A DNA stretch of 64,000 nucleotides from positions 3,646 through 67,645 of the forward strand of contig CAWFJS010000020.1 of assembly GCA_963816295.1 (NCBI GenBank), read 5' to 3'. Of this stretch, positions 58,683 to 64,000 are shown in pieces. The notes under the pieces are model-generated. The model was not told the DNA's origin and searched no databases. It saw only the letters and a list, made by a program, of their open reading frames with translations. This stretch comes from an uncultured Alphaproteobacteria bacterium (GTDB taxonomy: Bacteria > Pseudomonadota > Alphaproteobacteria > Rhizobiales > Xanthobacteraceae). The first letter of the stretch is position 1. Each line of letters starts with the position of its first letter. A program made the position numbers and the translations under genes.

Positions 58683-58856
58683 TTACTTCTTAGCGGTCTC
58701 TAGCACCTTGCCTGTCTTGGGGTTGATGAGATGAATCCGCCCGCAAGCGGTACACGTCATGGGTTCGTAGCTGTCCCCATTCCGATTTAGGTCATCGGCA
58801 GTCCAGCCTTGCACTTGTTCGCCGGTTCGTGGGCAGCGGTAGGTAAATGGAACCAT
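58683..58856 (-). CDS. small zinc-ribbon-like protein, paralog 1
   Basis: MVPFTYRCPRTGEQVQGWTADDLNRNGDSYEPMTCTACGRIHLINPKTGKVL. Confidence 0.5.
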   Translation of the reverse strand: MVPFTYRCPRTGEQVQGWTADDLNRNGDSYEPMTCTACGRIHLINPKTGKVLETAKK

Positions 58857-58927
58857 GACGAAACAAATGATAACCATCCTACCAATGGCTGATCTTGATT
58901 TCGATCAAATTGTGTAAGCCGTGACCC

Positions 58928-59060
58928 AACAAACAGAAAGGCCGCCTTCTCGGCGGCCCTTCCAATCCCTTTGCTGCTGTGTTTGTTCAGACGACCGCGT
59001 GTGCCTTCCGCTTCCTGCGCCAGCCGAGCAGACCTAAGCCGCCGAGGCCGGTGGTGAACG
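58928..59060 (-). repeat. 3' gene-end remnant: CTERM-sorting-like tail plus terminator hairpin (copy 2)
   Basis: Minus strand encodes ..ATLPPFTTGLGGLGLLGWRRKRKAHAVV*, then hairpin GGCCGCC-GAGAA-GGCGGCC (58940-58958) and a T-rich run. Confidence 0.65.
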
Positions 59061-59097
59061 GTGGGAGCGTGGCGGGAAAGCGGAGTAGCTGTATAGG

Positions 59098-59514
59098 TTA
59101 TTCGTCGCACGAGTGCCCGAACTGCGAGAGCGCCTCACCGAGATAGTCGGCAAGGAGCGGCATGCCGAGCAGATATGATGCCGTCCGTTTGTTATGAGCG
59201 CGTGCGGCCTCCGCACGCAGCTCGTCCCAATCCTTGACCGATCCGTCCCCGCGGCCGAGCCAGGCGAGCGCGACGAGATCGATCTGCTCGTCCTCGCTCA
59301 TGCCAAAGATCGCGGCGACGATCTCCTGGACGACCGGATCGTCGCGGTGGTCTTCCAATACGGAAATCATCGCGTCGTCAGTGGGATTCGAAGCGTCGTC
59401 CGGGTCGGTCACCACATCCTTGGCGTCGAATTCGCGCGCCTTGGCGATGATGTAACAGACCTTTTCCGGTGAAATCGATAAATCGGGCGTGTTCTCTGAG
59501 ATTTCGTCCGGCAT
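59098..59514 (-). CDS. DUF3775 domain protein
   Basis: ..ISPEKVCYIIAKAREFDAKD..DEQIDLVALAWLGRGD.. Confidence 0.8.
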   Translation of the reverse strand: MPDEISENTPDLSISPEKVCYIIAKAREFDAKDVVTDPDDASNPTDDAMISVLEDHRDDPVVQEIVAAIFGMSEDEQIDLVALAWLGRGDGSVKDWDELRAEAARAHNKRTASYLLGMPLLADYLGEALSQFGHSCDE

Positions 59515-59954
59515 AGCGATCCTCGTAGACGAGTGCGAGGAGACAATAACGCAACCGCGGAGCCTTCGAAACCGCGTAATTCTCGTGGCCTCATTCCATG
59601 CTCGTTAGCTTCGGGTTTCTTTTTGCCGCGAAGGCGCGATTTGCACTCATCATTGTTGTTTCAGCAGATATTGCTCAACGGACAGCCCGGGGCCAAGTTG
59701 TAATATGGCGTTAAGTCATACCCAATGTACGGTACATAGGCAGTGTACGGTAAGGGGGCACCCTCAACGATTGGTAACCCGTGCAAGACCGCACCTGGCG
59801 CATAGTCGAACAGACCGCTGTAGGACGACTCTACCCCCGAGTTGGGCCGCCAATATTGATATGCGGGAGAGGAGTCCATCACTAAATTGAAGTATGGCGT
59901 TAAGTCGTACTCAAGGTACTCAATGGGTGCCGCAGAACTCCACAACTGAAAGGC

Positions 59955-60440
59955 GTGGATGGAAAAACCTATACGCTCGCCAACGTGCGCGGGCCGAACG
60001 GCACGCTCGTTGTGTTCATCTGCAATCACTGCCCGTATGTGAAGGCGAGCATCGGCCGCTTCGTGGTTGAGGCCAAGGCGCTGCGCGAGATCGGTATCGG
60101 CACCATTGCCATTATGCCGAACGACACCGCGACCTACCGCGAGGATTCCTTCGACAACATGAAAGCATTCACGGCGAAGCATGGCTTTACGTTTCCCTAC
60201 GTCATCGATGAGACGCAGGACGTGGCGAGAGCCTATGACGCTCAATGCACGCCGGATTTCTTCGGCTTTAATGCTCAAGACGAGCTACAATATCGCGGAA
60301 GGCTTGATGCCGCGCGCATGACGCCGGTCGCGAATGCCCGACGCGACCTTTTCGAGGCGATGAAACAGGTGGCCGAGACCGGCCACGGCCCGGTAAATCA
60401 AACGCCATCAATGGGATGCTCGATAAAGTGGAAGGTATGA
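59955..60440 (+). CDS. thioredoxin-fold (PRX-like) protein, possibly N-terminally truncated
   Basis: GTG start within ..KGVDGKTYTL; ..LVVFICNHCPYVKA..; the usual roughly 15 N-terminal residues have no start codon upstream. Confidence 0.65.
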   Translation: MDGKTYTLANVRGPNGTLVVFICNHCPYVKASIGRFVVEAKALREIGIGTIAIMPNDTATYREDSFDNMKAFTAKHGFTFPYVIDETQDVARAYDAQCTPDFFGFNAQDELQYRGRLDAARMTPVANARRDLFEAMKQVAETGHGPVNQTPSMGCSIKWKV

Positions 60441-60684
60441 GTGATCGCTGCCCACGCACTGCAAACGTCGGCCGTATTGATCCACAGCCTTCAAACATCT
60501 TTGTGGCACGTAAAAATTTATACTGACGCAAGCGTCTAACAGTGGTGGCCTGCTGGGTCGGGATGACCTTGAATGATCGCGATTCGCTTGGCCAAAGTGA
60601 TCGCTCTACCTGTGACGTTTCTGTCAGTTCGCCCTACATTGGCGGTTCCTTCGTTCACTCAACGGCAGCCAATGCGCCCTTCGC

Positions 60685-61134
60685 TCAGCAAGTGACGAGA
60701 TCTGTGTGTCCGAAGCCCTTAGAGTAATCGATCACAGAGATGATCGTTGGCGTCACCCGGAATATTCGGACATCCTCTGGCATCGGTATCGGGAGCCGAG
60801 GATACCTAAGGCGAAGCATCTGCAAGGCTTTGCTCGCTTCAGCCGGATTGACGACTGCTTGTGCGTGTGCCGCCATGGACAGACCGGTGATTTCCGTCAC
60901 CTGTGGCGTCTCATGGTCGATTGTCAGCGATACGCGATCATCCCGCGCTAGATTTGTAGCTTTTTGGCTACCCGGGTCGCAGACAAAATAGATCGTCAAA
61001 CCTTCATTCGCGTAAACCACCGTTGTTGCCTGTGGCCAGCCGTCAGGCCGTAACGTGGCAATCGTCAGGACCCGATGCTGGTCCAATACGTTCAGTATCT
61101 TTTTTCTGATCTCCTCATCCATCATCATCCCCAC
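60685..61134 (-). CDS. pyridoxamine 5'-phosphate oxidase family (FMN-binding split barrel) protein
   Basis: ..ILNVLDQHRVLTIATLRPDGWPQATTVVYANEGLTIYFVCDPGSQKATNLARDDRVSLTI.. Confidence 0.8.
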   Translation of the reverse strand: MGMMMDEEIRKKILNVLDQHRVLTIATLRPDGWPQATTVVYANEGLTIYFVCDPGSQKATNLARDDRVSLTIDHETPQVTEITGLSMAAHAQAVVNPAEASKALQMLRLRYPRLPIPMPEDVRIFRVTPTIISVIDYSKGFGHTDLVTC

Positions 61135-61204
61135 GGAGAAGCCTCAGCCGCCGTGAAACCCGCGAAGCTTCCAGTTCCGAGCACATCTTCAGCCTGCCCG
61201 CGTG

Positions 61205-61447
61205 TCAAGGCTTTATGCGCACAGGCTTCAAAATATCAGCCGTCCTGGTCAGTTTGCCAGCAACGGTCATGGTCGAGTGCGCGCACGCATCAAACACGCT
61301 GACCATCCCATCAAATGCGACCGACGCGGTCGATTGACCAATCGTAATTGCCGCCATGGGCGGCGCGTCGGGAGCATCCAGGGTCAGGTAGGGCGCGGCC
61401 AGGTAGTGCCCAATCGCGAAAGTACCCGACGCGATACGCCCAAACAA
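61205..61447 (-). CDS. hypothetical protein (weak)
   Basis: 80-aa ORF from a TTG start, 70 nt upstream of the PNPOx gene; no family recognised. Confidence 0.25.
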   Translation of the reverse strand: MFGRIASGTFAIGHYLAAPYLTLDAPDAPPMAAITIGQSTASVAFDGMVSVFDACAHSTMTVAGKLTRTADILKPVRIKP

Positions 61448-61473
61448 CTAACCAGAAAAAATGTAGCCAATTG

Positions 61474-61487
61474 TTGATTTAGGTCAA
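61474..61487. promoter_or_regulatory. FNR/FixK-type box TTGATTTAGGTCAA
   Basis: Matches TTGAT-N4-GTCAA; centred about 70 nt upstream of ATG 61551. Confidence 0.35.
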
Positions 61488-61550
61488 ACAGTCGGCACGC
61501 CTCGTTCAAAATACTTGCAGCTACGGACAACGTGAGATGATAGGCGGGGG

Positions 61551-62183
61551 ATGGTTATGGATTGGTTCGGCGCAGACCCTGGTGGCAATCGGAAGGGCAA
61601 GCCATGCTTCGGTGTTGCTTGGCTTCGAAAAAATGGAATGTTTGAAACATCGTCTACTGATTGTGCTCATAGCGCACTTAGATGGATTCAAAAACACTCG
61701 GTTACACCTTTGGCAATAGGGATTGATTGTCCACTTTGGTGGTCTTCATCGAAAAGCGGAGAGAGACAAGTCGATGTTCTTCTTCGCAATAGGTATCGCG
61801 ACAATATAGGTCAGTCAGTACAAAGCCTAAACAGCTTGCCGGGAGCAGTGTTGGTGCAGGGTATGATGCTTGCGTGTGAGGCTCGCAAACACTGGAAGGA
61901 TACCAAAATCACCGAAACACACCCGCGGGCATTACTTAAGGCGATGCACCTAAACAAAGAGTCCTGGTCAACAATTGCGCAAAAATTTGACTTGGACGGA
62001 CCTGAGCCTGCAACGGGTGATCAATTGGATGCCCTGTTGTCTGCGGCAGTGGCAAGGAACGGGTATAAGCATGTTTGGACAGCAGATTTGACTGAACTCC
62101 CGAGAGGTGAAGGCGAAATGGACCCACAACATACGTTCTTCGGGAAGGTGAATTATTATTGGTTTGAGCGCGTAACGGCGTAA
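61551..62183 (+). CDS. DUF429-like (predicted RNase H-fold) protein
   Basis: ..LAIGIDCPLWW.....ITETHPRALLK.. pattern; AT-richer region. Confidence 0.45.
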   Translation: MVMDWFGADPGGNRKGKPCFGVAWLRKNGMFETSSTDCAHSALRWIQKHSVTPLAIGIDCPLWWSSSKSGERQVDVLLRNRYRDNIGQSVQSLNSLPGAVLVQGMMLACEARKHWKDTKITETHPRALLKAMHLNKESWSTIAQKFDLDGPEPATGDQLDALLSAAVARNGYKHVWTADLTELPRGEGEMDPQHTFFGKVNYYWFERVTA

Positions 62184-62230
62184 GCAGCATTGGCGAGAAT
62201 ATTCAATGCACGGATTTTAAGCGACTCCTC

Positions 62231-62458
62231 CTACGCGACCAGGAGTGAAGGGAAAACATCGTCCCGTGTCTTGATGTCGTCAATGGCCTCGACGTTTGCA
62301 ATGGTCTCAAAACGATGGTCGCATTTGCAGCAATGCCAAAGATGATGAAGTTCTCTATCACTGCGATATTCGGACCATTCAGGAACAGGCAAGTCATCGC
62401 CGCATTGGACGCACCACATTCCATCGCTAGAACGGCGATTGGATATCATTGTTGTCAT
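62231..62458 (-). CDS. small Cys-rich zinc-finger-like protein
   Basis: ..MWCVQCGDDLPVPEWSEYRSDRELHHLWHCCKCDHRFET.. Confidence 0.55.
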   Translation of the reverse strand: MTTMISNRRSSDGMWCVQCGDDLPVPEWSEYRSDRELHHLWHCCKCDHRFETIANVEAIDDIKTRDDVFPSLLVA

Positions 62459-62746
62459 GGTAATTTTGCCTGTTTTGGGCTTCAGTTTTAAGCGTATCGA
62501 AGTAAAGCAAACGGAGACATCGAATGTTATGAAAGCATTTGAGTTTGATATGTGGATTGCTGTGAATTGCTGTGAGGTTCATTTAGGAAAGCAATGCATT
62601 ATCCGTAAGTTACCAGATGCCACCTCAGATTAGGAATTCTTTACGTCGAGCCCCCGCGCGAAGAGCGGTTGAGAGGAATTATCGAGCGATTGAGAAATAT
62701 TGGATTGATGAGAACACCACCCACATTGGTTACCACTGTTTCACTG

Positions 62747-62890
62747 TCACTCGGTGGGATTGACGAGATGAGTGCCACCACAGGCGGTACACGTCACAGG
62801 CACATACGTCTCGCCGACGATTAGCAAATCGGCAACGTGGCCCTGAACTTTTTGGCCGGTCCTCGGGCACTGGTACGTGAACGAGATCAT
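62747..62890 (-). CDS. small zinc-ribbon-like protein, paralog 2 (47 aa, below ORF-track cutoff)
   Basis: My translation: MISFTYQCPRTGQKVQGHVADLLIVGETYVPVTCTACGGTHLVNPTE; aligns with CDS 58683-58856. Confidence 0.45.
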   Translation of the reverse strand: MISFTYQCPRTGQKVQGHVADLLIVGETYVPVTCTACGGTHLVNPTE

Positions 62891-63157
62891 CAAGAAAGAC
62901 GTGAAGCATACATTTGAACGGGATGGCTTGATTCAAATCAAAACCGGAGGCGAACGCGCGCGACGAGGCGCGGCGGATCGCCAGCAGCGCGCTCGCGTCA
63001 TCGGCGAATGGCTAGAACCTATCTCAAAATTGCGAGCGGGACCGCCTATTGATAAGCAAACGCATATTTCCTTATCAGTCAGAACGTCGACTGACCCCGC
63101 GATTTGCTCGTTTATCCATTTCATACGCTTTTTGCTTGCTAGCCTGATCAGCACAGT

Positions 63158-63732
63158 ATGGCCGGACGCCAAGCGAAGATTCTTTCTCCCGACGACCTCC
63201 ACGACTTGCTCGTGTTCGCCAGTTGCACCCGAAACCCACTCAGAAACCGAGTGCTCGTGTTGTTGTCCACTAAAGCGGGTCTGCGAGCGGGTGAGATTGC
63301 CAACCTGACCTGGAGCATGGTCACCGGCGCCTCAGGCCGGATCAGCAATCTGATGGAGCTACCCGACTATGCCGCAAAAAAGGGTGGCGGCCGTTCAATT
63401 CCCGTACATCCGCACCTCGCGGCTGCCCTTGCCGAATGGCGGCTGGTCGCCCCATCGACAGACCATGTCATCGTGTCGGAACGCGGCAGGTCGATGACGC
63501 CCCTGAGTATCGTGGTCTGGTTCAATCGCGCATTTCGCAACATCGGTCTCACCGGCTGCTCGTCCCATTCCGGCCGCCGGACATTCATTACCCGGGCGGC
63601 GCGGCTCGTCACAAGGCTGGCGGTTCATTGCGCGACGTCCAGTTGCTCGCTGGCCACCGGTCGATCCAAACAACACAGCGGTACATCGACGGCGACACCG
63701 ATGCGCAGCGCAAGCTGGTGTCGCTCATTTGA
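63158..63732 (+). pseudogene. small tyrosine recombinase/integrase with one frameshift (or indel error)
   Basis: ORF 63158- reads ..RAGEIANLTW..HSGRRTFITRAARLV; ORF 63436-63732 continues HKAGGSLRDVQLLAGHRSIQTTQRYI..*; restoring one C in GTC(C)ACAAG near 63610 rejoins them. Confidence 0.75.
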
Positions 63733-64000
63733 TGATGGCGGCCAGTCAAGGAGCCCGTCGCCCTGCCGCCCCGAACCAAAACCATCCTCGCCGCAACAAA
63801 CGCAAAGGTGGCATCGCTGCCACGTCACGCTCGCGCCCACCAGGTGCGCTCGATCACGCCGTTCGGGTGGTGCATGGTGTCTGCTGCCTCGCCGGTTCGG
63901 CCAGCCTGATCGACGACCTTCGCGCTGAGTTGCGGGCCGAAGGCGTTCCCGCCGCTATCCGGCGGCACGACACCGCAATCTTGTTCGATTGGCTGATCGC
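63732..64000 (+). CDS. partial ORF running off the window end
   Basis: ATG overlaps the integrase stop (TGATG); MMAASQGARRPAAPNQ....IRRHDTAILFDWLI.. open to position 64000. Confidence 0.3.
   Translation, partial: MMAASQGARRPAAPNQNHPRRNKRKGGIAATSRSRPPGALDHAVRVVHGVCCLAGSASLIDDLRAELRAEGVPAAIRRHDTAILFDWLI

Noticed and set aside
59661-60278. 205-aa minus-strand ORF
   Set aside because: Its N-terminal two-thirds is antisense to the well-supported thioredoxin-fold gene. Only the last ~90 codons (Tyr/Pro-rich repeat) might be a real remnant, and that is reported as a finding.

Overview
This 64-kb window looks like an accessory, heavily eroded chromosomal region of a Bradyrhizobium/Nitrobacteraceae-type alphaproteobacterium. 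The taxon is inferred from protein families and repeat type; no search was run.

Contents:
1. Eight paralogs of an orphan PF04392-type periplasmic solute-binding protein (5 intact, 3 broken) and one Bug/TctC binding protein. None lies next to permease or ATPase genes.
2. A frameshifted multi-GAF histidine kinase with its response regulator.
3. Single ordinary genes: alkyl sulfatase, patatin-like lipase, MepA, UppP, VKOR, CBS proteins, DUF1134, GYD, phasin-like, thioredoxin-like, PNPOx and CMD.
4. Mobile DNA: a complete IS1182-type IS, an rve/IS481-type IS, an IS110-type IS, IS30 and IS110 remnants, two frameshifted tyrosine integrases, a serine-recombinase module and prophage scraps.
5. About 25 loci (roughly 50 units, counted by eye) of a three-class palindromic REP/BIME-like repeat that fills most long intergenic gaps. 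Three different IS types sit inside the same repeat class.
6. About 11 fragments of one small-ORF family (..[46 protein letters not shown]), interleaved with tiny secreted-protein genes.
7. Five FNR/FixK-type boxes. One sits upstream of an unannotated 53-codon Cys/His/Trp-rich ORF.

There is no rRNA and no CRISPR. There is one aberrant tRNA-like sequence.

Many reading frames are broken by single-base indels, some in short homopolymers, so real decay cannot be told apart from sequencing error here. I found no complete, recognisable multi-gene system such as a defence, secretion or biosynthetic cluster. The most unusual signals are the repeat architecture and its interplay with IS elements and small-gene cassettes.

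Repeat and box coordinates were read by eye and may be off by a few bases.
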